DNA from: Synechococcus sp.
Lineage (GTDB): Bacteria > Cyanobacteriota > Cyanobacteriia > Thermostichales > PCC-7336
Direction of reading: 5' to 3'
NCBI GenBank assembly: GCA_051439605.1
Contig: JBFRWN010000042.1
Coordinates: forward strand, 1 to 39,945
Length of the DNA: 39,945 nt
Shown here: piece by piece, positions 7,340 to 17,128 of the stretch
Layout: every line of letters begins with the position of its first letter
Position numbering within the stretch: the stretch's first letter is position 1
Position numbers and translations under genes: made by a program
Notes under the pieces: generated by a model
Told to the model about the DNA's origin: nothing
The model's input: only the letters and a program-made list of their open reading frames with translations
Database searches by the model: none

Positions 7340-7385
7340 TTTAGGTAACTAAGCGTTCAAGAGTCTGTTAGTTGGGAAAAGCTTC

Positions 7386-7478
7386 ATGGCAACCCTGACT
7401 GAAATTGAAGCCGCCATTCAGCAACTTCCTGAGAAAGAGCTGCACTAGCTGGCAACATGGCCGCAGACCTATGGTTGA
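7386..7478 (+). pseudogene. Remnant of a small antitoxin-like gene (N-terminal part)
   Basis: ATG 7386 reads MATLTEIEAAIQQLPEKELH*LATWPQTYG* with an internal TAG at 7446. It resembles small cyanobacterial antitoxin-like proteins and aligns with the remnant at 8511. Confidence 0.55.
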
Positions 7479-7523
7479 TGCAATGAGTCTCTTTAAAACC
7501 CACTTCATCTCAGAGGTTCAACC

Positions 7524-8234
7524 GTGGCAACCAATTCAAAAAAAACAGCACTGGTGACAGGCGGAAATCGCGGTATCGGCTTTGCCATTTGCCAAGGGCT
7601 CTTAGCTCGAGGATTTGATGTCATTCTGGCAGCCCGATCGCCAGAAAAAGGCCAAGCTGCAGTCGCCAAACTCTCTGCCGGGGGAAAGAGCGTTACCTTT
7701 TTGCAACTGGACATGGATAGCGATGCCAGTATTGAGCAAGCCACCACTCAACTTAGTCAAGCGATCGAAAAACTGGACATCCTCATCAACAACGCAGGCA
7801 TTTACCCAGACCATGGGGCAACCATCCTGACCGCCTCTCGCGCACTTCTGACTCGTACCATGAACACCAACAGCTTTGGCCCAATCAAACTGATTCAAAA
7901 CCTATTGCCTCTACTGGAAAAGGCAGAGGATGCCCGCATCATCAACATATCCAGCGGTAATGGTCAGCTAGATGGACTTAGCACTAGTGCCCCCAGTTAT
8001 TCCCTGTCAAAATTGGCCCTCAATGGCATAACCATTTTGATGGCAGACGCCCTGCGGAATCGGAACATCGCCGTTTACTCCATGTGTCCGGGCTGGGTGA
8101 GAACTGACATGGGGGGTCAGGCCGCCCCCCGATCTCCCGAAGAAGGAGCAGACACAGCTATATGGTTGGCAACAGAAGGCACACTTGAACAAAGCGGGCA
8201 ATTCTTTCGCGATCGCCAACCCCAACCCTTCTAA
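7524..8234 (+). CDS. Short-chain dehydrogenase/reductase (carbonyl reductase-like)
   Basis: TGGNRGIG, LINNAG, YSLSK catalytic motif, CPGWVRTDMGG. Confidence 0.95.
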   Translation: MATNSKKTALVTGGNRGIGFAICQGLLARGFDVILAARSPEKGQAAVAKLSAGGKSVTFLQLDMDSDASIEQATTQLSQAIEKLDILINNAGIYPDHGATILTASRALLTRTMNTNSFGPIKLIQNLLPLLEKAEDARIINISSGNGQLDGLSTSAPSYSLSKLALNGITILMADALRNRNIAVYSMCPGWVRTDMGGQAAPRSPEEGADTAIWLATEGTLEQSGQFFRDRQPQPF

Positions 8235-8260
8235 ACCATGCAAAACTCTTACTGAGCCCC

Positions 8261-8476
8261 CTATTCCCCTTCAATTTCTCTCAGCACAGATTTCGCCAAC
8301 GGCTTATTTTTAAACTACACCACCGGCACCGGAATATCCTGAAACTTCACCCCAGCCTTCTCCAAATTCAACCGCTCCGAAACCGCCAGAGTTAAATCCT
8401 CTCGCTGAGACTACTGCATCTGCGAAAACTTCTGGCGCAAGTACTTCGGCCCTCCAATAACCCACAATCTCGAGCA
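8261..8476 (-). pseudogene. Decayed duplicate of the 3' end of the DUF790 gene
   Basis: 8281-8476 aligns by eye with 10166-10360 and translates to ...V*FKNKPLAKSVLREIEGE* (TGG changed to TAG). Confidence 0.9.
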
Positions 8477-8510
8477 ATCTCAATCATCCATTAAGTTATT
8501 TCTTAAGACC

Positions 8511-8756
8511 GAGCTTCACCAGCTTGTAGTGCGGCTACAAATCTATGTGGATGATGAATGGAATCAGAGCTAGAAGAGTGTTGAGAAGCTGGGAAGTTAG
8601 ACAGACTCATTGCTCAAGCCAAAGCCGATATTTTTTCGGGAACCGAAAGCGAGCTAGATGAGGTTCTCTACAAAGCCTAATTTTTGGGTGGCTTATCCGC
8701 TACTCCCCGACCGAATAAAACAGTAAGCTTACAACGCTTATCAATTTCGGAGATAA
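8511..8756 (+). pseudogene. Decayed type II toxin-antitoxin pair (antitoxin C-terminal part plus RelE/ParE-like toxin N-terminal part)
   Basis: ELHQLVVRLQIYVDDEWNQ, then frameshift/stop, then EAGKLDRLIAQAKADIFSGTESELDEVLYKA* (stop 8680). An overlapping ATG at 8658 gives MRFSTKPNFWVAYPLLPDRIKQ*AYNAYQFRR*. Confidence 0.55.
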
Positions 8757-8944
8757 GCTCCTTGTCTTCATTGCTATATGAAGCATTACCCTAATGCTGG
8801 ATTTAGATTAATAAACTTAAGGATGGCTTGGCTACTATCATCATTTTAAGAAAGGCTACATGTTCTTCTAGATATCAGTAAAAAACGTATTATCGATATG
8901 ATACATCTAGTAATTAGACGAAAGAATTCAATTCCTCGAACTGC

Positions 8945-10060
8945 TTGAAGCAATCTCATGTTTTCACGCACGATCTATATTGTCCACGTTGGGAAAATCT
9001 TAAGCTTGAACTTTTGGAGTTCTCCATGACAAAATTATTTCAGTTTCACTCTTACGTTCTAGAAGAGGGCAGCTTTTTCCTTTTGGAGAGACTAAGTAAG
9101 AGTCATTCAATTTATACATCTAATTTTAAAGAAGTTAAAACAAATATATTTAATTCGGCAGGATTGTTTTTGCTTGGAATGGCAATCTCTCTATCATTCA
9201 GTCAAGCCTCCAAGGCTCAGGTGAGCGCCGAAATGTGTTCCGATTTTCCAGAGAACTCCAATACTTGCGCATGGTTTTGCTCCAGTTTCCCCTATAACTC
9301 CCGATGCGAGCCTCTTTTTTTCGGCAAATACGATCGCCAAATCATTAGGGAGTCTTCCTACCCATGGAGTGCCATAGGAACCTTAAAGAATCGATATGGC
9401 GGTCATTGTACTGGGACCTTTGTCGCCCCAAGACTAGTTTTAACAGCAGCCCATTGCTTATATGAGAAAAACAGTAGAGGTTATGGGAATCAGTTTAATG
9501 CTAAGGAGCTTGAATATTTTGCTGGTCCGAGTGAAGCAGAGAGAGTTGTAAGTTCCTCAATCACTGATATTTTTATTGCTCCAGGCTTCAATCCTGATTT
9601 ATTTGAAGAGAACTCAGAAGTTGATGGGCTTGATTGGGCCTTCCTGACATTAGATAAAGAACTTGGTTCCGAGTTTGGAACTATTAATATATTTTCAATC
9701 GAAAAGAGAACTCTTGAAACTGCAATTGTCGAGTCGTGGTCTATTAGCCAAGCTGGATATGGTGGCGAAGAAGCCGATAAGTTGTCTGCACATTTTAACT
9801 GTCAAATAATTGATTTTTTTGAAGACAACACTTTGTTTCACGAGTGCGATGCGCTTTGGGGCGATAGTGGCTCGCCGCTTTTGGTTCGAAATGGAAATAA
9901 TTATCAAGTTTTAGCAATTGATTCTAAATTCAGTTCATATAAGGACGAGTCAGATCTTCGGCTTAAGGCAGTTGATGCTCGAGCATTCTACGAGACCTAT
10001 TTAGAATTGACTGATTCTACAGAAGAATCCTTGACTGAATCATTTGCTTCGGGAGAGTAA
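8945..10060 (+). CDS. Trypsin-like (V8/glutamyl endopeptidase-type) serine protease, probably secreted
   Basis: YPWSAIG, CTGTFV, LTAAHC (His), DWAFL (Asp), GDSGSP (Ser). Signal-like segment AGLFLLGMAISLSFSQASKA suggests the true start is later (9026 or beyond). Visibly AT-rich. Confidence 0.9.
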   Translation: MKQSHVFTHDLYCPRWENLKLELLEFSMTKLFQFHSYVLEEGSFFLLERLSKSHSIYTSNFKEVKTNIFNSAGLFLLGMAISLSFSQASKAQVSAEMCSDFPENSNTCAWFCSSFPYNSRCEPLFFGKYDRQIIRESSYPWSAIGTLKNRYGGHCTGTFVAPRLVLTAAHCLYEKNSRGYGNQFNAKELEYFAGPSEAERVVSSSITDIFIAPGFNPDLFEENSEVDGLDWAFLTLDKELGSEFGTINIFSIEKRTLETAIVESWSISQAGYGGEEADKLSAHFNCQIIDFFEDNTLFHECDALWGDSGSPLLVRNGNNYQVLAIDSKFSSYKDESDLRLKAVDARAFYETYLELTDSTEESLTESFASGE

Positions 10061-10142
10061 GTCGATTTCCGCCGATCTCCTGACTAGCTGAAAAGATTCA
10101 GATAGAAATCCAAATGGAAGGAGGTTAAGGACCCCGATAACG

Positions 10143-11366
10143 TCAGGAGAGATTTTGAAGTTCCTTCAGTACTGATTTCGCCAACAGCTTATTTTTAAAC
10201 CACACCACCGGCACCGGAATATCCTGCACCTTCACCCCAGCCTTCTCCAAATTCAACCGTTCCGACACCGCCAGAATTAAGTCGTCGCGCTGAGCCTGCC
10301 TCACCTGTGCAAATTTCTTGCGCAAATACTCCGGTCGCCAGTAACCCACGATTTCTAGCAGCAGCGATCGCCCATCTGGATGGACCAACCGAAAATCCGG
10401 AATCATCACGCTGCCCGGAATCGGAATTAAATCCACCTCCCGCTCCAGCCTCCAGTCCGTCTTTAGCTTCTGCCACCCCGCCGCAAACGACTCCTCCACC
10501 ATGCTGTCAAACGGCTTCCCAGGCGGATAGTGGGTCACCAATCCGCAGTTGGAATCTAACGAATATCGATAGGGCTTGTACTCCTGCGTGTAGAAATCTT
10601 TCACCCGCAATGTGGCCTCCATGTTCCACTTTGTGACATGCAACAGTGCCGGTAATAGCTTAGCGATCGCCAGTCCGTATCGCGTACTGGGCTTAAACAG
10701 GCTTGTAGGTCCATCCACCGTAATTGTGAACCCGCGATCGGCATCCCCCTCGATATACGACATCAATTGGAAGAGTTTGAGATAGCGAAACAACAGCTTG
10801 TATTCCCCCGGATCGTTGCGATGGGCATTCAGCGTCATCTGTGTCGCCTTGTAAAAAATCCCCTGCACTTGCGACAGATTAAACCGATGAATCAACGCTT
10901 CCGGTGTGGGCGGCTCAAACTGCGTCAGAATCCGGTTTTCTTGCAAATCCGCATATAGCCCCTTGCGAATTTCCTCTGGAAATACCTCGCGATCGCACTC
11001 CTGTGTCAGCTCTGTCGCCAGCGTCGCCAGCGTTCCCTCAGCATTCTGAGGAATGGGCGTTGTCTTGGCCGCTAACCCAAACACCCGCTGGCGCAACAGC
11101 GGCGGTTCGATGGGGCTGACAATGTCGAACGTGCAAAAGCTGCTTTTGAGAATGTGGGCCAGCCCCCGCCGCAGTCGGTAATCGGGGCTATCGCCCTCTA
11201 GCTCTTGCAGGAGCCGGTCCAGATGCCCCTGCGTCTCTCCTTGGGCGGATTCGGACGTAGAGATCAGGTCAGAGGCGATTGCCAAATGCTTGCGATCCAG
11301 CTGAAGCCGCTGCGGCACCACCGTCTCGCCACTGCGTCGAAAACTCAATAACTCGCTGGGTAACAA
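10143..11366 (-). CDS. DUF790 family protein (Bax1-like PD-(D/E)xK endonuclease)
   Basis: LPSELL start, LYADL, DGPTSLF...TRYG, FDSMVE...F, VMIPDFRL...LEIVGYWRPEYL. TTG 11366 preferred over 11453. Confidence 0.9.
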   Translation of the reverse strand: MLPSELLSFRRSGETVVPQRLQLDRKHLAIASDLISTSESAQGETQGHLDRLLQELEGDSPDYRLRRGLAHILKSSFCTFDIVSPIEPPLLRQRVFGLAAKTTPIPQNAEGTLATLATELTQECDREVFPEEIRKGLYADLQENRILTQFEPPTPEALIHRFNLSQVQGIFYKATQMTLNAHRNDPGEYKLLFRYLKLFQLMSYIEGDADRGFTITVDGPTSLFKPSTRYGLAIAKLLPALLHVTKWNMEATLRVKDFYTQEYKPYRYSLDSNCGLVTHYPPGKPFDSMVEESFAAGWQKLKTDWRLEREVDLIPIPGSVMIPDFRLVHPDGRSLLLEIVGYWRPEYLRKKFAQVRQAQRDDLILAVSERLNLEKAGVKVQDIPVPVVWFKNKLLAKSVLKELQNLS

Positions 11367-11493
11367 ATCTATGGCTCTCGGGCGATCGACTGCTGCCATT
11401 CTATAGAGGGTTTCCCGCATAGACAGCCGCTCGGCTCTACCAAGCTTTCCCATAAGCTAGGCTGGGAAATGCTGTTTCCGTTCATCGCCCACT

Positions 11494-14103
11494 ATGGCAG
11501 TCATCGATATCGACCGACTGATCGACACCGACATCATGCGGCCTGCCCGCTATTTGGGCAATGAATTTGGAGCCGTCCATCGGGACTGGAACAGCGCCAC
11601 CGTCCGTTGGGTGCTGACTTATCCCGAGCTATACGAAGTGGGAGCCTCCAACTCCGGTCACATCATTCTCTACAACATCCTCAACGCCCAACCCCGCCAA
11701 CTGTGCGATCGCACCTACCTGCCCGGTAACGACCTCAGCGATCGTATGAAAGCCAATAATGTCCCCCTGTTCGCCGTCGAATCTCGCCGCGATATCAAAG
11801 AATTCGACCTCATTGGCTTCAGCCTCGCCTACGAACTAGGGGGCAGCAACGTTTTAGAAATGCTCAGCCTAGCGGGTATTCCCCTCACCTGGCAGGAGCG
11901 CAATACCTTCGATGTCGCCATCTACCCGCTGGTATTTGCTGGCGGTCCCACTGCCACCTCTAATCCAGAGCCGTTTGCAGAATTCTTCGATTTCTTTGTA
12001 TTGGGGGATGGAGAGGAAGTTCTGCCAGAAATTGGCTTGGTGGTTGAAGAAGGACTCGCAGCCGGTCTGACCCGCCGCGAACTGCTGCTGGACCTAGCCC
12101 AAGTGCCAGGGGTGTACGTACCGCAGTTTTACGACGGTCTAGAGCCGAAGCCGTTAGTGGCAGGGGTTCCTGAGAAAGTGGTGCGCCGCGTCGCTACCCC
12201 GATGCCCCAATATGCCATTGGCGGCCCAGTGCCCTATGTCGAAACTGTTCACGATCGCCTCAGTCTGGAAGTGCGTCGCGGCTGTACCCGAGGCTGTCGC
12301 TTTTGTCAGCCGGGCATGCTCACCCGCCCTGCCCGCGACACCGAACCGGAGGATGCAATCGAAGCGATTGCCAGCGGTCTGCAAAAAACCGGCTACGACG
12401 AATTCTCCCTCTCCTCCCTCAGCTGCTCTGACTATCTGGCCTTACCTGCCGTAGGAGCGGAACTGCACAATCGCCTCGGTCCCACCAACATCAATTTGTC
12501 TCTGCCCAGTCAGCGGGTGGACCGCTTCGACGAAAATATTGCCGCCATGATGGGGGGCACTCGCCGCCCCACCCTCACCTTTGCCCCCGAAGCAGGTACC
12601 CAGCGGATGCGGGATGTGATTAATAAGGGCTTGACCAACGCAGAATTGGTGCGGGGGGTTAAGACGGCTGCGGAACAGGGATGGGACAAGGTCAAACTCT
12701 ATTTCATGATTGGCCTGCCCGGAGAAACTGATGTAGATGTGGTAGGCATTGCCGAAACCATTGCCATGCTGCAGCGGGAATGTCGCCCTGCCAGCGGTCG
12801 CAAACTCAAGGTGAACGTCACCATTTCCAACTTCACTCCCAAACCCCATACCCCCTTCCAGTGGCATCGGGTGGATCACGCCGATATCGAGAAGAAGCAA
12901 AAGCTCTTGAAGGAGCAATTCCGCAAAATGCGGGGGGTGAAGGCTAACTTCACTGACATTCGCTTCTCCATGCTGGAGGACTTTATCGGTAAAGGCGATC
13001 GCCGTCTCAGCCGCACTATCTATCAAGCTTGGGCCAACGGAGCTGGTATGGATAGCTGGTGGGAGGGAATCGATGCCGCCTACAACGCCTGGGTCACCGC
13101 CTACCGCCAAAGCGTCCCCGATGCTGTCTTAGCGGGTACGGATGAGCATCCACAGTTACCCACTTTTTCCTACGGTATTGACGACCCCCTCCCCTGGGAT
13201 CGCATCGATACGGGGATTAGTAAAGATTGGTTGAAGCAGGACTGGGCCAACGCGCTAGAAGCCGCCACCGTCCCCGATTGCTCGTTCGAAAGCTGTTCCC
13301 ACTGTGGTATCTGCGGTGTGGATTTCGGCCACAATATTGTCATTCCCGCCCTGCCCGTACCGGCGATCGCCGAGAAGTCCACGGGGGCAGAACGCCCAAA
13401 GGCTGTCCAGCGGTTCCGCATTACATTTGCAAAACAGGGGAACATGCGCTTGGTGGGGCACCTCGATTTACTGCGGCTGTGGGAGCGTGCCTGCCGTCGA
13501 GCCCAACTGCCCCTCGCCTTCAGCGGAGGCTTTCACCCCTCCCCCCGCATCTCCACCGCCAGTGCTCTTGCCCTCGGCCACGTCAGCAAAGGGGAAGTTT
13601 TGGACATTGAACTGATTGAAAAGCTTCCCATCGCATCGCTTGAAGCAGTGTTATCTGCGCAGCTTCCTTCAGAGCTGGAGATTGTGAACATCACCGAACT
13701 GGCCTTAGATGCCCCCTCGGCCACTAAAGCACTGGTGGCGGCAGACTATCGCCTTGAGATAGAATCCAAACAAGTAGAAGGCACTCACCCGAGAGAAGCG
13801 CACTCGTTTGTTGATTGGGATGGGGCGATCGCGGTAATTCTTTCCCAACAGGAAATCTGGCTGGATAAAGTGTCCAAATCCGGCAAAGCCTACCGCGTCA
13901 ATGGCCGTGAATTGCTCTATCAATTGTCTCTCGAGCATGGCGAAGAAAACCAGGCAACCCTAAGCTACCGAGGCTGCTGTCGCAATGATGGCACGATGTT
14001 GAGGCCGGAACAGGTGGTAATCATGCTGGGTCAATATCTACCCAAAAGCTTAGATGTCCAACTGAGATTTGTAGAGCGCCAGCAACTCATTTTTCAAAGT
14101 TGA
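11494..14103 (+). CDS. B12-binding radical SAM protein (TIGR03960-type) fused to the radical SAM-linked domain (TIGR03936/DUF2344-type)
   Basis: PARYLGNE, RRGCTRGCRFC CxxxCxxC, TFAPEAG, KLYFMIGLPGE, KPHTPFQW; C-terminal GHLDLLR...FSGGFHPSP. Confidence 0.92.
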   Translation: MAVIDIDRLIDTDIMRPARYLGNEFGAVHRDWNSATVRWVLTYPELYEVGASNSGHIILYNILNAQPRQLCDRTYLPGNDLSDRMKANNVPLFAVESRRDIKEFDLIGFSLAYELGGSNVLEMLSLAGIPLTWQERNTFDVAIYPLVFAGGPTATSNPEPFAEFFDFFVLGDGEEVLPEIGLVVEEGLAAGLTRRELLLDLAQVPGVYVPQFYDGLEPKPLVAGVPEKVVRRVATPMPQYAIGGPVPYVETVHDRLSLEVRRGCTRGCRFCQPGMLTRPARDTEPEDAIEAIASGLQKTGYDEFSLSSLSCSDYLALPAVGAELHNRLGPTNINLSLPSQRVDRFDENIAAMMGGTRRPTLTFAPEAGTQRMRDVINKGLTNAELVRGVKTAAEQGWDKVKLYFMIGLPGETDVDVVGIAETIAMLQRECRPASGRKLKVNVTISNFTPKPHTPFQWHRVDHADIEKKQKLLKEQFRKMRGVKANFTDIRFSMLEDFIGKGDRRLSRTIYQAWANGAGMDSWWEGIDAAYNAWVTAYRQSVPDAVLAGTDEHPQLPTFSYGIDDPLPWDRIDTGISKDWLKQDWANALEAATVPDCSFESCSHCGICGVDFGHNIVIPALPVPAIAEKSTGAERPKAVQRFRITFAKQGNMRLVGHLDLLRLWERACRRAQLPLAFSGGFHPSPRISTASALALGHVSKGEVLDIELIEKLPIASLEAVLSAQLPSELEIVNITELALDAPSATKALVAADYRLEIESKQVEGTHPREAHSFVDWDGAIAVILSQQEIWLDKVSKSGKAYRVNGRELLYQLSLEHGEENQATLSYRGCCRNDGTMLRPEQVVIMLGQYLPKSLDVQLRFVERQQLIFQS

Positions 14104-14191
14104 CGATCGCTTTTCTAAGAGAATATCTAGATTTTCTGGAATTTTCTTAAAACTTACTCAAGTTCTCTGCAAACATTTCACAGCATGGCGC

Positions 14192-14929
14192 TATAATTTT
14201 GTTCATGCTAGCTATGCACGAGTGGGGCGAAGCCATTGCATTCTGGCATCTGGCAGCAACATGCTTGAATCTGCCATCGAGAGACTGGAGCTAGGTTTAA
14301 TACCGCGATGTCTTGCCCTCGGTAGGTGGGTCGAGGTTATGAAGGCCTAAGGTTATTGGGCCACCCGACTGGCCGCTGACCCAGCCGTCTGGGTCCTGGG
14401 TAAAAATCGAGGTATTTTTCGATAGGAATTTTCCTGCTCTAGATGTGAATTGGCGAGCTGGCTTGCCGATTTAGGATGCTTGTAGCATCCGTCTTCTTTT
14501 GATGTAAAGCAGCGGCAGTGGGTTCACTGTCCTTCAAAGACTGCTATTTTCTATCAGCATTGTTTGAGAAGTATCAAGCGGCTGCGGCCTCCCAGTCCCA
14601 CTGTATTAGGGGGATGAGTAATGGCCTGAAGCTTGCGGTTGGCAAGCCTCTCACCATTTATCTGCTGTTGGGAAGTGACGGAGTTCCAGGCTGACTTGTT
14701 TGTAGCACGGCCTGTATTCATTCCATCCCCAACTACTGCAATATCTGGCGCATTTAGGGGGAAGTGACGCAGAGCTTACCTATTGGCTCCAGACGAAATA
14801 CGGCATCGTTAAAGTCTGTTCGGGCCCAGCCTGCAGCCCCTTGCCACTCAGGTTGCCAGCTCATCGAATCCACATCATCCTGCCCCATTGCGGGCTACCT
14901 GCAGGTTTCCTGCAATCCTTGAGGACTCT
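14192..14929 (+). promoter_or_regulatory. Putative rne promoter (-10 TATAAT) and long structured 5' leader
   Basis: TATAAT at 14192-14197 in an 826-bp gap between the radical SAM stop and the rne ATG; hairpins such as GGATGCT-TGT-AGCATCC 14474-14490; GAGGA RBS 14921-14925. Confidence 0.5.
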
Positions 14930-16990
14930 ATGTCGAAGCAAATTATTATCGGAGAGCAGCACCGCATCGCTGCAGTATTTTCAGAAGATCGCATTCAGGA
15001 ATTAGTTGTTGCCAGCGGACACCACCAGGTTGGTGACGTTTATGTTGGGTTAGTGGAAAACGTTCTCCCCAGTATCGACGCGGCATTTATCAATATTGGT
15101 AACCCAGAAAAGAACGGGTTTATCCACGTCAGCGACCTCGGCCCCGCCCGCCTCAAGCGCAGCAGCGCCCACATTACCGAGTTAGTCACCCCCCAACAAA
15201 AGGTGTTGGTACAGGTAATGAAGGAGCCCACCGGCAATAAAGGGCCGCGTCTGACAGGCAACTTATCTTTCCCTGGCCGTTACCTCGTGCTGATGCCCTC
15301 CGGACGAGGGGTTAACTTGTCCTCTCGCATCCGCAATGAGGAAGAACGCAACCGCCTCAAGTCCCTTGCCATCCTGATAAAGCCCCCACAAATGGGACTC
15401 ATGGTTCGCACCGAAGCGGACGGAATGCCGGAAGAAAGCATCATTGAAGACCTCGAAATTCTCAAGAAGCAGTGGGAAAACATTCAGCAGGAGTACAACT
15501 CTACCCGCTCCCCCAGTCTGCTCAATCGCGATATTGACTTCATTCAACGGGTTTTGCGGGATGCGTTTAACGATAACGTCAACCGCATTGTGGTGGACTC
15601 TCAGGAGGGGGTGACCCGCGTTCGCAAGCACTTGCAAAGTTGGAATAAAGGTCGCATCCCCTCTGGTGTCGCCATCGACCTGCACAGGGAATCCACCCCC
15701 ATTTTTGACTATTACCGCGTCAACGCTGCTATTCGCGAAGCACTGCGCCCCCGAGTCGATCTGCCCTCCGGTGGATACATTATTATTGAACCCACCGAGG
15801 CGTTAACTGTGGTGGACGTCAACTCTGGTTCGTTCACGCGATCGGCCACCTCCCGCGAGACGGTGTTGTGGACCAACTGCGAGGCAGCAACAGAAATTGC
15901 CCACCAAATGCGCCTGCGCAATATTGCTGGGGTGATTGTGGTGGACTTCATCGATATGGATTCCCGCCGCGATCAGCTGCAAGTGCTAGAGCATTTCAAC
16001 AAGGCCCTGCGAACGGATAAGGCTCGCCCACAAATCGCCCAACTGTCCGAACTGGGTCTCGTGGAACTAACCCGCAAGCGCCAGGGACAGAGCCTGTACG
16101 AAGTATTCGGTCGCCCCTGTCCTACCTGCGAAGGATTGGGACTTTTGGCTCACCTTCCCGGTCAACATCCCGAACTCAATCAAACTCCCTTCGACCATTC
16201 CGTTACATATGCCTCTGCGGTTCTGGCCGCTGATGTCTCTGAGACCCCAGAAGTCACCCCCGAATCTCGCATTGGGGTGGGTGGAGAACGCAATGGGGGT
16301 TACCGCCGTCGAGGACGTTACGGCAGCAGTACCCCTAGCCGCGCTGTCGCCAGCTCATCGATCCCCGAAAATCTCTATCAGGGTCGCCGCCGCCGCACCA
16401 CTGCTGCACCCTCTACACAGCGCGTTGAGCCCCCGACAAAAATTGTTTCCGAACCCACCCCCTTAGCCTCCGACACTAGCGAAACCCCTGCAGGGCCGAC
16501 ACCACCTCCCACAAAAAAATCCCCCCGCAAGGTGATTCAGGTGGAGATGACTCCCCTACAACAGCAGGTTTACTCAGAAATGGGTATTTCACCGCTGGCC
16601 CTGCTGGATGAACCCATCAAAACGGGTCGGGACACTGTCGTAGCAGTGACCTTACCGGGCCAACCTCTAGCCGAGGTGATGGAGGCCGAAATAGACGAGG
16701 ATACTAAACCTGACGAAAGGCATGCAGAGGGGAGCGATCGCGATGCTGGGGTTCTGGATCTCAGTCAGTTGGAGCTGTCTCCAGACATTACCAAACAGGC
16801 TAACATCGACGACATTGCCGAAGAGGGAATTCCTCCAGAAGGCTTTAGTAAAGTAGAGCCACCTGAACTGAGTGCTGGGGAACAGGGTGAATTAGATGGT
16901 AGCCAAGAGGATCGTAGCGCCGACGTGAAGCCCAAGAATCAATCCCCCGCTGCCTCCCGTCGTCGCAGGTCTCGTAGCACTAGCGAGTAG
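14930..16990 (+). CDS. rne: Ribonuclease E (cyanobacterial Rne/Rng family)
   Basis: MSKQIIIGEQHRIAAVF start, S1 domain, VVDVNSGSF, DFIDM, CPTCEG zinc link, disordered C-terminal half ending in an Arg-rich RRRRSRST motif. Confidence 0.97.
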   Translation: MSKQIIIGEQHRIAAVFSEDRIQELVVASGHHQVGDVYVGLVENVLPSIDAAFINIGNPEKNGFIHVSDLGPARLKRSSAHITELVTPQQKVLVQVMKEPTGNKGPRLTGNLSFPGRYLVLMPSGRGVNLSSRIRNEEERNRLKSLAILIKPPQMGLMVRTEADGMPEESIIEDLEILKKQWENIQQEYNSTRSPSLLNRDIDFIQRVLRDAFNDNVNRIVVDSQEGVTRVRKHLQSWNKGRIPSGVAIDLHRESTPIFDYYRVNAAIREALRPRVDLPSGGYIIIEPTEALTVVDVNSGSFTRSATSRETVLWTNCEAATEIAHQMRLRNIAGVIVVDFIDMDSRRDQLQVLEHFNKALRTDKARPQIAQLSELGLVELTRKRQGQSLYEVFGRPCPTCEGLGLLAHLPGQHPELNQTPFDHSVTYASAVLAADVSETPEVTPESRIGVGGERNGGYRRRGRYGSSTPSRAVASSSIPENLYQGRRRRTTAAPSTQRVEPPTKIVSEPTPLASDTSETPAGPTPPPTKKSPRKVIQVEMTPLQQQVYSEMGISPLALLDEPIKTGRDTVVAVTLPGQPLAEVMEAEIDEDTKPDERHAEGSDRDAGVLDLSQLELSPDITKQANIDDIAEEGIPPEGFSKVEPPELSAGEQGELDGSQEDRSADVKPKNQSPAASRRRRSRSTSE

Positions 16991-17128
16991 CCAATCTCAG
17001 TTCATTTCCCTATCCACACACTCGAAGGGGGGCTCGAGCGTGGTATTTGTCTCGATCGCGACGGGTGTCCTCAAGGTGACTAAGCTGTGAGATAAAGTAG
17101 CCCTACTCTCTATCGGGTGGAGTCATAG

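Noticed and set aside
14930..16990. Functional link between rne and the Ro-Y locus
   Set aside because: 13 kb apart with unrelated genes between; rne sits in its usual radical SAM context.
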